Source: Polyangia bacterium (GTDB taxonomy: Bacteria > Myxococcota_A > Polyangia > Fen-1088). From it: a DNA stretch of 64,000 bases. Below, piece after piece: positions 40,658-51,541 of the stretch. Position 1 is the first letter of the stretch. Each line of letters starts with the position of its first letter. Made by a program: the position numbers and the translations under genes. The DNA lies in assembly GCA_035549075.1 (NCBI GenBank), contig DASZRT010000069.1:678-64677 (forward strand), written 5' to 3'. The notes below the pieces were generated by a model. The model was not told the DNA's origin. It saw only the letters and a program-made list of their open reading frames with translations, and made no database searches.

Positions 40658-41727
40658 TGGACGGCGGCCTCGAGGCTTCCGTCGAGCGCCGTGAGGAGAT
40701 GGCGGTTGCCGTCTTGCGCGTAGCCCGCGAGCGCGCGCCCGAAGTCGGGGAGGCGTTCGAGGAAGCGTCCGAGCGCATCGTCGTCGAGCGCGCCCTCGCC
40801 GAGGCCGTAGCCTTCCTTCTCGAGGTAGCGCGCGTTCAAGACCTGCTCGAACTGGCCCTCGACGGGCACGGCCAGCATCGGACGGTGCAGATAGACCGCC
40901 TCGCCCATGAGCGTGAAGCCCGCGCTCGCGACGACGCCGGCCGCCGTCCGCAGATCGTCGATGAAGCCCGCCTCGGAGAACGGCCGGTAGCGCAGGTTGC
41001 CCTCGACGACCTCCTCTTTGAGGTCGCGGCGCAGGCCGTAGACGCGGCACTCGCGGCCGCTGCGCGCGAGGATCTCGGGCAGCGCTTCGTTCGACGTCGA
41101 CGTTTGATAGACCAGCAGGTGCGCGCCGGGCTCGGGCTTCGCCGCGAGGATCTCGGGGCGCAAGATCGGCGGGTGCAGCGTCGTGCGGTCCTTGCGCGTC
41201 GGGGGGTAGAAGAACGTCGTGATGTGGTAGTGGAACGCGCCCGCGACCTTCGCGCGTACGATGGCGTTCGTGAGGCGGTAGTCGCGCTCGACGCCCGCGA
41301 GCAGCTCGGGCGCGTGCGCGCAGCGGTTGATGATCTGCATGTTGTCGACGGAGATCACCGGCAGGCGGTGGCGCTTCGCGAACAGGTAGCTCCACGTCTC
41401 GAAGTCGGAGATGACGACGTCGGGCGCGAACTTGTCGGCGATCTCGACGTAGGCGCGGATGTTCTCGGGCCAGCCCGTGGCGGCGCCCTCGAGGTTCTGC
41501 CGCAGCGTGGCCCACTTGCGGACCTCGTTGTCCTCGTAGACGAGCGTGTAGCCCCAGATCTTGCGGACGGCGAGGTGCTCGTTGGCGCGCTTTTGCAAGT
41601 AGTCGTAGGCGCGGCCCGACACGACGACCTGCACGTCGTGCCCGCGCGCGAGCAGGTGATCGAGCACGACGCGCGAGCGCATCGCGTGCCCCATCCCTTC
41701 GCCGACGACCCCGTAGAGGATCTTCAC
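40654..41727 (-). CDS. GT-B fold glycosyltransferase (MGT/GT28-like, MJ1255-type)
   Basis: MKILYGVVGEGMGHAMRSRVVLDHL is the N-terminal G-rich loop of UDP-glycosyltransferase/MurG-like enzymes. Two Rossmann halves. 357 aa. Confidence 0.7.
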   Translation of the reverse strand: MKILYGVVGEGMGHAMRSRVVLDHLLARGHDVQVVVSGRAYDYLQKRANEHLAVRKIWGYTLVYEDNEVRKWATLRQNLEGAATGWPENIRAYVEIADKFAPDVVISDFETWSYLFAKRHRLPVISVDNMQIINRCAHAPELLAGVERDYRLTNAIVRAKVAGAFHYHITTFFYPPTRKDRTTLHPPILRPEILAAKPEPGAHLLVYQTSTSNEALPEILARSGRECRVYGLRRDLKEEVVEGNLRYRPFSEAGFIDDLRTAAGVVASAGFTLMGEAVYLHRPMLAVPVEGQFEQVLNARYLEKEGYGLGEGALDDDALGRFLERLPDFGRALAGYAQDGNRHLLTALDGSLEAAVQ

Positions 41728-41745
41728 GGGGCGATGGTAGCCGGT

Positions 41746-42339
41746 TTAAGCGACGAGCGACGCGTCGGCCGTGGGCACGCCGCCGGCGCGCTCGAGCAGC
41801 GTCGCGAGCGGCGTCGCGGGCCCCTTGATGCGGACCGAGAACAGCTCTTTGGGGCCGCCTTCGCGCGCGAGCTCGACGCCGGCGCCGAACAGCGTCTTGG
41901 CCCACGTCTCGAGCTCGCCGCGCAGGGCAGCGAACGTCGCGTCGGTGTTGGGGGCCGCGAGGCGGTCGTTGATGCGGAAGAGCAGCTCGTTGGTCGAGAA
42001 CTTCGCCTTCGCGTCCCTCTCGAGCAGCGAGGCCACGTGCAGCGTGCGGCGCGCGAGGTCACTCAAGCGCTCGCCCGCCGCCGCGCCGGCGCGCTTGCGG
42101 TTGTGGAGCAGGCCCAGGCGGCCCTCGCCCTCGTCCATGAAGTAGTCGGCGCCGTGGCCGATGAGGACGACGCCCGGGCCCTTGGGCACGTGGTCGTAGT
42201 TGGCGACGTCGATCGTGAGCTCGGGCAGCACGCGGTCCTTGATCCACCGGTGGAACACGGGCACGAAGGCCTCGGCGTGGAGCGCGCGCGCCGACTCGGG
42301 CGCGACGTAGATCTTGAGCTGCAGCTTGTGGGCGTCCAT
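41746..42339 (-). CDS. hypothetical protein downstream of sulfite/nitrite reductase (possible reductase-associated DUF)
   Basis: 197 aa beginning MDAHKLQLKIYVAPESAR, with good codon bias. Only the C-terminal part of the 792-aa track ORF is real. The rest is a shadow frame over the reductase gene. Confidence 0.45.
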   Translation of the reverse strand: MDAHKLQLKIYVAPESARALHAEAFVPVFHRWIKDRVLPELTIDVANYDHVPKGPGVVLIGHGADYFMDEGEGRLGLLHNRKRAGAAAGERLSDLARRTLHVASLLERDAKAKFSTNELLFRINDRLAAPNTDATFAALRGELETWAKTLFGAGVELAREGGPKELFSVRIKGPATPLATLLERAGGVPTADASLVA

Positions 42340-42359
42340 GGGTCTCGCGGTCCTTCGAT

Positions 42360-44645
42360 CTAGACGGTGGGGGCGCGCAGCGCGGGGCCGAGGCGCACGT
42401 AGCACTGGTGGGCGGCGTCGACGAACAGCGTCGCCTCTTCGATGCGCGTGTGGGCGCTGGCCGCCGTGACGGCGGCGCCGCGCTCGTCGAAGGCGCGGAA
42501 GAAGTACGACGAGAACCTCGCGGCCGCCAGCGGGTCGAACAGCTGCGTGTCGACGTAGCGCGCGCGGAACTCGCCGACGATCTCGCCGGCGTCGGTGCCG
42601 ATGTTGGCGTTCTTCTCTTTCACGAGCGCGCGCGCCGCGATGAGCATCGCCGAGAAGGCGCGCGCGTCGGCGTCGCCGAGCTTCTTCTCGTCCATGAGCA
42701 GCTGCGCCTCGAAGAGCTCGCGCTCGGCCGAGGCCAGCTCGACCTCGACGTAGGGCACGATCTCGCCGGCGCACTCGCCCTCGCCCATGTCGGAGATCGT
42801 GTACTCGCGCGGGTCGCCCCAGTCGCTGTAGTAACTCGGGTCCTGGTCGTAGGCGGGGATCGCCTGCAGCTCCTCGACCATGGCGCGGATCGTCTTCTTG
42901 CCGATGCGGGTCGCGAAGTCGGCGAAGGTCTCTTCGCCCTGGCGCTCGGCCGCGTAGCGCTCGGTGAGGCGCTTGACGACCTCGGGCACGCGCTTGCTCG
43001 GCACGGCGCCGATGGCCAGGCCGTACGACGCGGCGTTGTTCGTCCATTGGCCGCCGACGACGAGCTGGAAGTGCGGCACGCGGCGGCCGCTCACGGTGCG
43101 CGACACGCCCAGGAAGCCGAGGTCGGCGACGTGGTGCTGGCCGCACGAGTTGAAGCAGCCAGACGCCTTGATGTGCAGGTGCTTGGCGTTGGGGTTCTGG
43201 TCGATGCCGGACTTGCGGATGTGCTTGGTGAGCTCGGCGGCGAGCGAGCGCGACGACGAGATGCCGAGCTTGCACGTGTCGGTGCCCGGGCACGCCGTGA
43301 TGTCGCTGATCGTCGAGGCGCCACCCGTGGCGAGGCCGATGTCGACGAGCGCGGCGTAGACGGCGGGCAGATCGGCCTCGCTCACCCAGCGCAGCAGCAT
43401 GTTCTGCTCGACGGTGGTGCGCATGGCGTCGCCGACGTACTTGCGCGCGACGTCGGCCAGCGCGCGCGCCTGCTCGGACGTGAGGTCGCCGAGCGGCAGC
43501 GTGATGGTCGCCATGACGTAGCCGGGCTGGCGCTGGGGGACGACGTTGGTCGCGCGCCAGGCCTCGAAGCCGGCGGGATACGGCGCGGGCGGAAGCGCGC
43601 CCGCCGGGCGGATCGGCTTCTCGTCGGTCGAATGAAGGTCGGCGAGGAACGCCGTCCATCGGGGGTCGGGGCGCAGGTTGGCGCGCTCTTCGTTGATGAG
43701 GCGCTTGGTCTCCTCGAGGCCGAGCTTCTTCACGACGAACTTGAAGCGCGCGCGCGCGCGGTTGGCGCGCTCGCCCAGCTTGGCGAACACGCGCGAGATC
43801 GCCTGCGAGATCGGCAGCAGCTCTTCTTCGGGCAGGAAGTCGTCGAAGACCTGCGCGTCCTGCGGCACGGCGCCCAGGCCGCCGCCGATGACGAGGCGGA
43901 AGCCGCGCTTGGTCTCGCCGTTTTCGACCCGCGTGCGCGCGATGGCGCCGATGTCGTGGAAGTTGGTGACGCCGCAGGCGTTCTCTTGGCAGCCCGAGAA
44001 CGCGACCTTGAGCTTGCGCCCGAAGTCCTGCGTGTCGTCGTGGCCCAGCAAGAAGAACGTGAGCGCGTGCGAGTACGGCGTGACGTCGAACGCCTCGGTG
44101 TTGCAGACGCCGGCGTAGGGGCACTGCGTGACGTTGCGGACGGTGTTGCCGCAGGCCTCGCGCGTCGTGATGCCGGCGGCCGCGAGGCGCCGGTGCATGT
44201 CGGGCGTGTCCTCGATGTGGACGAAGTGCAGCTGGAAATCCTGGCGCGTCGTCACGTGCAGGATGCGGTCCGAGTACTCCTCGGCGCAGGCGGCCAGCAC
44301 GTCCAGCTGGTCACAGGTGACGCGGCCGTAGGGGATCTTGATCCGCTGCATGCCGGGCGCGTCCCACATCGTGACGGGGCCCTTCGTGATCTCGCCCGAC
44401 GGGAACACGAGCGCCTGCGTCTTCTCGCCGTCGTGGCGCTGGCCGTTGTCGTAGCGCTGGCCGTAGGCGCCGCGGCGCAGGCGCGTCTCGGCGAAGAGCT
44501 TCTCCTCGATCTTGTTCTTCTTGCGCAGCTCGATCTGCGTCTCGAAGATGTCGATCTCGCGGCCCCAGGCCTCGGGGATCTTCGCGCCGAGGGTCTCTTT
44601 CCAAGTCTTGGAAGCTTTGTCGGCCGTCTTGCTCGCGTCGCTCAT
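42360..44645 (-). CDS. ferredoxin-dependent sulfite/nitrite reductase hemoprotein (siroheme/4Fe-4S) with C-terminal extension
   Basis: NirA/Sir family signatures: TTRQDFQLHFV, CGNTVRNVTQCPYAGVC, and a second half-site ITACPGTDTCKLG...GCFNSCGQHHVADLGFLG. An extra ~180 aa at the C-terminus. Confidence 0.85.
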   Translation of the reverse strand: MSDASKTADKASKTWKETLGAKIPEAWGREIDIFETQIELRKKNKIEEKLFAETRLRRGAYGQRYDNGQRHDGEKTQALVFPSGEITKGPVTMWDAPGMQRIKIPYGRVTCDQLDVLAACAEEYSDRILHVTTRQDFQLHFVHIEDTPDMHRRLAAAGITTREACGNTVRNVTQCPYAGVCNTEAFDVTPYSHALTFFLLGHDDTQDFGRKLKVAFSGCQENACGVTNFHDIGAIARTRVENGETKRGFRLVIGGGLGAVPQDAQVFDDFLPEEELLPISQAISRVFAKLGERANRARARFKFVVKKLGLEETKRLINEERANLRPDPRWTAFLADLHSTDEKPIRPAGALPPAPYPAGFEAWRATNVVPQRQPGYVMATITLPLGDLTSEQARALADVARKYVGDAMRTTVEQNMLLRWVSEADLPAVYAALVDIGLATGGASTISDITACPGTDTCKLGISSSRSLAAELTKHIRKSGIDQNPNAKHLHIKASGCFNSCGQHHVADLGFLGVSRTVSGRRVPHFQLVVGGQWTNNAASYGLAIGAVPSKRVPEVVKRLTERYAAERQGEETFADFATRIGKKTIRAMVEELQAIPAYDQDPSYYSDWGDPREYTISDMGEGECAGEIVPYVEVELASAERELFEAQLLMDEKKLGDADARAFSAMLIAARALVKEKNANIGTDAGEIVGEFRARYVDTQLFDPLAAARFSSYFFRAFDERGAAVTAASAHTRIEEATLFVDAAHQCYVRLGPALRAPTV

Positions 44646-44707
44646 CTGGTCTCCGTTGGGCCGCCTTTTATGCCACGAAACCCGGGCGGCCCGGGTTGTC
44701 TCTTATA

Positions 44708-45286
44708 CTAGACACGGGGTTCGGGCGCCACCATGCGGCGGTCGGGCACGAACCAGACGATCGCGACGCTGACATAGAGCGCCAACGCCAGCCAGCAGGA
44801 CACGAAGGCGAGCGGGATCGCCACCGCATAGATGAGGCCCGACACGACGCCTTTGACGTCCTTGCCGACGGCGGCGGCGACCTTCGAATGCGGGCCTTCG
44901 GCGCGGACGATGGCGCGCACGAGGATCCAGTAGGCGACGGCCGAGAGCAGCAGCACGACGCCGTAGACGGCGACGGGCAGGGGCTCATAGTGGTTCTCGC
45001 CCATCCAGCCCGTGACGAACGGCGTGAGCGACAGCCAGAACAGCAGGTGCAGGTTCGCCCACAGCACGGCGCCGTCGATGCGCGTCGTCGCGTGCAGCAG
45101 GTGGTGGTGGTTGTTCCAGTAGATGCCGACGAACACGAAGCTCATCAGGTAGGTGAGGAACGTCGGCAGCAGCGGCTTCAGCGCGGCGAGCGAGCCGCCG
45201 TGGGGAACCTTCAGCTCGAGCACCATGATCGTGATGATGATGGCGACGACGCCGTCGCTGAACGCTTCGAGCCGGCCCTTGGTCAT
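44708..45286 (-). CDS. TMEM175/DUF1211-family putative potassium channel
   Basis: N-terminal RLEAFSDGVVAIIITIMVLEL hallmark of the TMEM175 family. Six TM helices. Confidence 0.7.
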   Translation of the reverse strand: MTKGRLEAFSDGVVAIIITIMVLELKVPHGGSLAALKPLLPTFLTYLMSFVFVGIYWNNHHHLLHATTRIDGAVLWANLHLLFWLSLTPFVTGWMGENHYEPLPVAVYGVVLLLSAVAYWILVRAIVRAEGPHSKVAAAVGKDVKGVVSGLIYAVAIPLAFVSCWLALALYVSVAIVWFVPDRRMVAPEPRV

Positions 45287-45402
45287 GCGCGCGCAGTGTA
45301 CAAGAACGCGCTTAGCGAGTTCTTAGCGTCGCCGGAGGGACCATTTAGCAACGGGCGCGCGCGCGATTCGGCAGGGTGAATCTCACCAGGAGGTTCCATT
45401 CG

Positions 45403-46059
45403 ATGCGCACCAACACTTTGATCGCAGCTTCGATTCTCACCGCTTCCCTCGCGTTCCTCGCGGGCGCTTGCAAGACGGTCCCGCCCGTCGACACCCACGC
45501 TGCGCAGGTCGAGCGCGGCCGCTTCCTCGTCACGATCGGCGGCTGCAACGACTGCCACACGCCCATGAAGTTCGACCCCGAGATCGGCATGCCCGTCCCC
45601 GACCTTTCGCGCGCGCTGTCGGGGCACCCCGAGGGCGCGCCCGATCCGGCGTCGGCGCTGGGCGGCCACGACATGGCGGCGATCGGGCCGACGTTCACCA
45701 GCTTCCGCGCGCCGTTCGGCGTCGTCTACTCGGCGAACCTCACGCCCGATGCCGCGACGGGCCTGGGCGCGTGGACCGAAGACATGTTCATCCGCGCGCT
45801 GCGCACGGGCCGCCACATGGGCGGCGCGGGCCGCCCCATCGTCCCGCCCATGCCGTGGCCGACGCTCGCGCGCCAGTCCGACAACGACCTCGCGGCGATC
45901 TTCGCGTACCTGCGCTCGGTGCCGGCGATCCGCAACGACGTGCCTGCGCCCAAGGTCCCGGACGCCGCGCTCGCGGCGATCGCCGCCGGCTACGAAAAAA
46001 TGGCCGCGAAGATGCGCGCGCAGACCGAACAGACGAACGTCGAGCTCGCGAGGCGCTAG
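45403..46059 (+). CDS. mono-heme c-type cytochrome lipoprotein
   Basis: AGGAGG RBS 9 nt upstream of the ATG at 45403. Lipobox FLAGAC. Single CNDCH heme-binding site. A Met ligand candidate in PPMPWP. Confidence 0.7.
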   Translation: MRTNTLIAASILTASLAFLAGACKTVPPVDTHAAQVERGRFLVTIGGCNDCHTPMKFDPEIGMPVPDLSRALSGHPEGAPDPASALGGHDMAAIGPTFTSFRAPFGVVYSANLTPDAATGLGAWTEDMFIRALRTGRHMGGAGRPIVPPMPWPTLARQSDNDLAAIFAYLRSVPAIRNDVPAPKVPDAALAAIAAGYEKMAAKMRAQTEQTNVELARR

Positions 46060-47573
46060 GCCGTCGCGCGTTCGGTGAGGTCGAGCTCGCAGTCGACCTC
46101 GACGGCGAAGCGGCCGCGGCCGCGCGAGGGCAGGCGGATGTCGGGGCACTTTTGCGCGAGGCGCTGGCGCAAGAGGATGAGGCGGCTCTCGAGGTTGTCG
46201 CGGATCGCGGGCAGGCCGAGCGTCGGGTCGAGGCGCAGCTCGCGGTTCGTGAAGTCGCAGCGGCCTTCGGCGTGCGAGCGCAGCAGCTTCCACAGGATGC
46301 GGCCAGGCACGTTGCGAATCAGGTACTCGCCGTCGACGAAGACGCAGTCGTCGTTTTGGTAGAAGACGAAGGCGCGCCGGCGGCGCGTCGCGGGCGCGCT
46401 CGGGGCCGCCGCGCGCGCCGCCGCGGGATCCTCGGCCTCGGACACGGCGAGGCGGTCGATGCCGGCGGCCACCTGATCGGCGACGATGCCGAGGAAGGCT
46501 TCGTGCCACGTTTCGAAGGAAGCGGCGCTGCGGCTCTCGAGCGCGAGCACGCCCACGAGACGCCCGCGCACGAGCAGCGGCAGCGCGAGGTGGCTCTGGG
46601 CGTCGGCGAGGCCGGGCAGGGGAATCTCGGGCGCGAGGCGCGCGTCGCCGCGATCGCCCGCGACAGACGCGCGCACGGCGCGGCCGTAACGCAGCTCGCT
46701 GTCGAGCCGGCCCACGCGCAGCGGACGACGGTCGCGCGCGACGGTGCCGATGAGGCCCTCGCCGAAGACGACCTCGGAGCCGACGCCGCTGTCGTCGTAG
46801 CCGCGGCTCGCGATCGTGAACAGGCGGCGGCCAGTCTCGTCGACGAGCAGCACCTTGGCGTGCGCGAAGCCGAAGTCCTCGCCCAGGCTGTCGAGCGCGG
46901 CGTCGAGCAGCCGCTCGAGATCGGGCGCCTCGTTGAGGCGCGTCGAGAGGCGGTGGAGGACCCAGAGCTCGTCGCGGCGCTCGAAGGGCACGCGGCCCGG
47001 CGCTTCGGGCAAGTCCGGACCGGCGTCGTCAGCCGCGTCGGGGGGGCCCATGTGCTCGGTGACGTGGCGGACGCGCACGACCTCGAACACGTCGGCGGCC
47101 AGCAGCTTGAAGATGCCGGCCATGCCCGTGTGCGAGGCGATGGCCTCGATGCGCGTCGCCATCTTCTCGAAGGTCGGCCCCGAGGTCTCGGCGCGCACGT
47201 GGCGCAGGTCGAGCGCGTGGATCTCGAACGTCAGCGGATCCCACAGCGTGACCATCGCGCGCGGGTTCTCGAGCAGGTTGCGCGTCGTCTTGCTGAAGAA
47301 CTGGCGCGAGAGCGCGACGTGGCGCGCGTCGACGTGGTGCACGTGCGAGATGCTGACGACGTTGGGGATGCCGTCCGCCGAGCACGTCGTCATCGTCGAC
47401 GGGACGACGCCTTCGAAGCAGCGCGAGAGGCGCTCGAGATCGATCACGGCGAAGATCCTTCTTCCGGCGCCTCGCCACAGCGCTTGCCCGCGCTCGGGCC
47501 CGGCGTCTGCACGAAGACCTCGCGCACCTCGAAGCGCAAGGCGACGCTGGGCCACCACAGGAGCCGTCGCCAC
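46056..47573 (-). CDS. pyridoxamine 5'-phosphate oxidase-like (split-barrel FMN-binding) domain fused to GAF domain protein; start uncertain
   Basis: N-terminal [45 protein letters not shown] (PNPOx-like). Central GAF region: [28 protein letters not shown]...[17 protein letters not shown]...[19 protein letters not shown]. The true start is probably near 47450, non-ATG, since the track ORF overlaps the upstream gene. Confidence 0.5.
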   Translation of the reverse strand: MATAPVVAQRRLALRGARGLRADAGPERGQALWRGAGRRIFAVIDLERLSRCFEGVVPSTMTTCSADGIPNVVSISHVHHVDARHVALSRQFFSKTTRNLLENPRAMVTLWDPLTFEIHALDLRHVRAETSGPTFEKMATRIEAIASHTGMAGIFKLLAADVFEVVRVRHVTEHMGPPDAADDAGPDLPEAPGRVPFERRDELWVLHRLSTRLNEAPDLERLLDAALDSLGEDFGFAHAKVLLVDETGRRLFTIASRGYDDSGVGSEVVFGEGLIGTVARDRRPLRVGRLDSELRYGRAVRASVAGDRGDARLAPEIPLPGLADAQSHLALPLLVRGRLVGVLALESRSAASFETWHEAFLGIVADQVAAGIDRLAVSEAEDPAAARAAAPSAPATRRRRAFVFYQNDDCVFVDGEYLIRNVPGRILWKLLRSHAEGRCDFTNRELRLDPTLGLPAIRDNLESRLILLRQRLAQKCPDIRLPSRGRGRFAVEVDCELDLTERATA

Positions 47574-48004
47574 AGCGAGCGCGGCACACCCACGAGGCCG
47601 AGCTCGTCACAGAGCGCGTCGCGGTAGCGCGCCAGGAAGGCGCGATCGGCCTCGTCGACGCGGCGCTCGCCGAGCCACGTGCCCTTGATCTGGATCGAGC
47701 GGTGGCTCGTGGGGCGCACGAGCGTGAGCGCGAGCTGGCCGTTGTCGCGCAGGTTCGCGAGCGTCTCGCCCGCGGCCGCGACGGGCGCGAACACGGTCAG
47801 CTCGCGGCCGTCGCCCGCGCGGTGCAGGCCGAAGGCGAGGATGCTGAGCGGCACGAGCGCGGCGTCGCGCGTGCCGAGGTGCATGATGACCGGCTCGTCG
47901 AGCAGCGTGCGCACGTCGTCGGGCAGGGCCGCGAGCGGCCCGGCGAGCGCAGAAACCGCTGTATTCGAGGCTCGATCCGTCATGTCGCGTGAGCGGGCGA
48001 CCAT
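47444..48004 (-). CDS. pyridoxamine 5'-phosphate oxidase-like FMN-binding protein
   Basis: [65 protein letters not shown] is a PNPOx split-barrel pattern. Confidence 0.5.
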   Translation of the reverse strand: MVARSRDMTDRASNTAVSALAGPLAALPDDVRTLLDEPVIMHLGTRDAALVPLSILAFGLHRAGDGRELTVFAPVAAAGETLANLRDNGQLALTLVRPTSHRSIQIKGTWLGERRVDEADRAFLARYRDALCDELGLVGVPRSLWRRLLWWPSVALRFEVREVFVQTPGPSAGKRCGEAPEEGSSP

Positions 48005-48114
48005 AGCACGTGCGTCGTTAAGGAATTCTTAGGGAGCGCCTAAGGAACACGTAGCGAGCGGCGTCGCTCAGGAACGCTACCTTCGAATCGTCCCCGCACC
48101 CGAAAGGAGATCCC

Positions 48115-48696
48115 ATGAAGACCGCCCGCTACGAGCCGTTCACCGCCATCCACAAGGCGCTGCGCCGCCAGCTGTTCGAGACGGCCATCGCGCTCGGCCG
48201 CACCGACTTCGCCGCCCCCGACGAGCGCGCCGCCGCGGCGCGCGCCGTAGAGGCGTGCAACGCCTTCCTGCGCGAGCACGCCGAGCACGAGGATCACCAC
48301 GTCGTCACGACGGTGCTGACCTTCGCGCCCGAGCTCGCCACCGAGCTGGACCACGAGCACGTCTCGCTCGAGCGCGCCGCGATCGCCGTCGAGTCGTTGT
48401 TCCCGCGCTTCGCGGCGCTCGACGCCGAGAGCTGCCACGCGCTGGGCGGCGAGGTCTCGCGGCGCTTCCTCGCGCTCGTCGCGCAGCAGATCCACCACAT
48501 GGCGCGCGAGGAGCACGAGGTGACGGCGCTGCTGTGGGACCACCTGGACGACGCCGCGCTCGAAGCGATCACGGGCCGCATCCTGGCCGACATCCCCCCC
48601 GCGCGCATGGCCGAGTGGGGCGCCGTCATCGCGCCCGCGATCAACCGCCGCGAGCGCGAAGGCCAAAAGAAGGGCGCCGAGGCGAAGGCGGCTTAG
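48115..48696 (+). CDS. hemerythrin-like (HHE cation-binding) domain protein
   Basis: Repeated H..E/HEDHH motifs (EHAEHEDHHV, LDHEHVSLER, HHMAREEHEV). Four-helix length of about 190 aa. Confidence 0.45.
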   Translation: MKTARYEPFTAIHKALRRQLFETAIALGRTDFAAPDERAAAARAVEACNAFLREHAEHEDHHVVTTVLTFAPELATELDHEHVSLERAAIAVESLFPRFAALDAESCHALGGEVSRRFLALVAQQIHHMAREEHEVTALLWDHLDDAALEAITGRILADIPPARMAEWGAVIAPAINRREREGQKKGAEAKAA

Positions 48697-49328
48697 GCCG
48701 CGGGCGCGGGCATCGTGCGCAGCTTGCTCTTCAGCATGGCCTGGAAGTCCTTCGCGCCTGGGCCCTCGAACGGCACGTCGACCCAGATGAGCGCGGGCGA
48801 GCCGTGCGCGAGCTTGCGCGCGCGCTGCGCGATCGGCGACAGCCCCTCCCACACGATCGCCGTCTGCGTCGCCGCGTCGAGCGCGACGATGCCCATGAGG
48901 CGATCGTCGTGGATGACGATCGAGCACACCGACTGCGCGCCGCGCAGGTAGCGGTAAGCCCAGCCCGTCTTCGGGCCGTAGTAGTAGAGCTCCTCGCGCA
49001 CGCCCGGCTGCTTCTTGAGGAACGCGCGCACGCTCTCGAAGCGCTTGCCGACGGCGAGCGGCAGGCGCGCCGCGAACTCGGCCTCGGTGGGCGGGAGGTT
49101 CTTCTTGGGGAAGGGCGCGCGTGCGGACGCCGCCGCCTTCGGCTTCGCCTTCTCGGCGGCCGGCGCCGGCTTGGCGGCGGCCGGGGCCTTGGCCGGCGGC
49201 GCGGGCTTGGGAGGCGCCGCCTTCACGGGCGCGGCCTTCGCCGTCGACGCCTTCGGGGGCGCGGCCTTCGCTTTGACCGCCGGCTTCGCGGCTGGCTTGG
49301 CGGGCGGCTTCGTGGGCTTGCCGGCCAT
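48693..49328 (-). CDS. protein with histone H1-like Ala/Lys/Pro-rich N-terminal tail fused to a globular C-terminal domain
   Basis: MAGKPTKPPAKPAAKPAVKAKAAPPKASTAKAAPVKAAPPKPAPPAKAPAAAKPAPAAEKAKPKAAASA, then ELYYYGPKTGWAYRYLRG...IWVDVPFEGP. Stop/start overlap with the upstream DedA gene. Confidence 0.5.
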   Translation of the reverse strand: MAGKPTKPPAKPAAKPAVKAKAAPPKASTAKAAPVKAAPPKPAPPAKAPAAAKPAPAAEKAKPKAAASARAPFPKKNLPPTEAEFAARLPLAVGKRFESVRAFLKKQPGVREELYYYGPKTGWAYRYLRGAQSVCSIVIHDDRLMGIVALDAATQTAIVWEGLSPIAQRARKLAHGSPALIWVDVPFEGPGAKDFQAMLKSKLRTMPAPAA

Positions 49329-49984
49329 CACGCCGCGTCCGCGGCCGTCGCCTTCTTGCGGTTGAGCAGCCAGCTGACGCCACCCGGGATCAGCGAGATG
49401 AAGATGATCAAGATGATGACCTTGTCGATCTGCTTCGTGATGGGCGGGTAGGTCTTGCCGAGCGTGAACCCGAGCAGCGTCATGCTGACGACCCAGCCGA
49501 TGCCGCCGAACACGTTGAACGACAGGAAGCGCTTGTAGTTCATCTTGCCGATGCCGGCGACGACGGGCGCGAACGTGCGCAGGAACGGCATGAAGCGCGC
49601 GAGGATGATCGTCTTGCCGCCGTGCCGCTCGTAGAACGCCTGCGTGCGCAAGAGGTGCTTCTTCGAGAAGAACAGCGACTGCTCGCGCGTGAACAGCTTC
49701 GGCCCCGACTTCGCGCCGATCCAGTAGCCGACCGTGTCGCCGACGATCGCGGCGACGACGCACACGAGCAGCAGCGGCCCGAGGTCGAGCAGCGCCCGCT
49801 GGTCGGGGTTGGCGCTCGTGCAGTACAGGCCCGCCGTCACGAGCAGCGAGTCGCCCGGCAGGAAGAACCCGACGAGCAGGCCCGTCTCCGAGAAGATGAC
49901 GGCGCCGAGCAGCGCGAGGCCGCCGACGCGGATGAGCCCCTGGACGTCGTAGATCTTATGAAAGAGATCGATCAAGGCGTGCAT
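49328..49984 (-). CDS. DedA/SNARE-associated (TVP38) family membrane protein
   Basis: GLLVGFFLPGDSLLVTAG...GDTVGYWIGAKSG...ILARFMPFLRTFAPVVAGIGKMNYKRF is the DedA consensus. Confidence 0.75.
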   Translation of the reverse strand: MHALIDLFHKIYDVQGLIRVGGLALLGAVIFSETGLLVGFFLPGDSLLVTAGLYCTSANPDQRALLDLGPLLLVCVVAAIVGDTVGYWIGAKSGPKLFTREQSLFFSKKHLLRTQAFYERHGGKTIILARFMPFLRTFAPVVAGIGKMNYKRFLSFNVFGGIGWVVSMTLLGFTLGKTYPPITKQIDKVIILIIFISLIPGGVSWLLNRKKATAADAA

Positions 49985-50035
49985 GAGGGCCGCACTTTCC
50001 GCGAAAAGACCGCCGAAGTCTAATGGCGCGGCGGC

Positions 50036-51460
<1,425 letters not shown>

Positions 51461-51541
51461 GCCCGCGAGCGTAACGCAAGCGGCCGCGCGGCGCATTTTG
51501 CTGGTTGACCCCGACGGACTCGCGTTTCATGAAAGGCGCCC

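Noticed and set aside
39749-41905. 718-aa ORF
   Set aside because: Only the C-terminal 302 codons (Kir channel, GTG start at 40657) are genuine. The upstream part is the off-frame of the glycosyltransferase gene.
41746-44124. 792-aa ORF
   Set aside because: Only the last 197 codons (41746-42339) form a plausible gene. The remainder is a shadow frame over the sulfite/nitrite reductase gene (42360-44645).
48040-49383. 447-aa minus-strand ORF
   Set aside because: Off-frame over the hemerythrin-like and H1-like genes. Poly-R/G/A composition.
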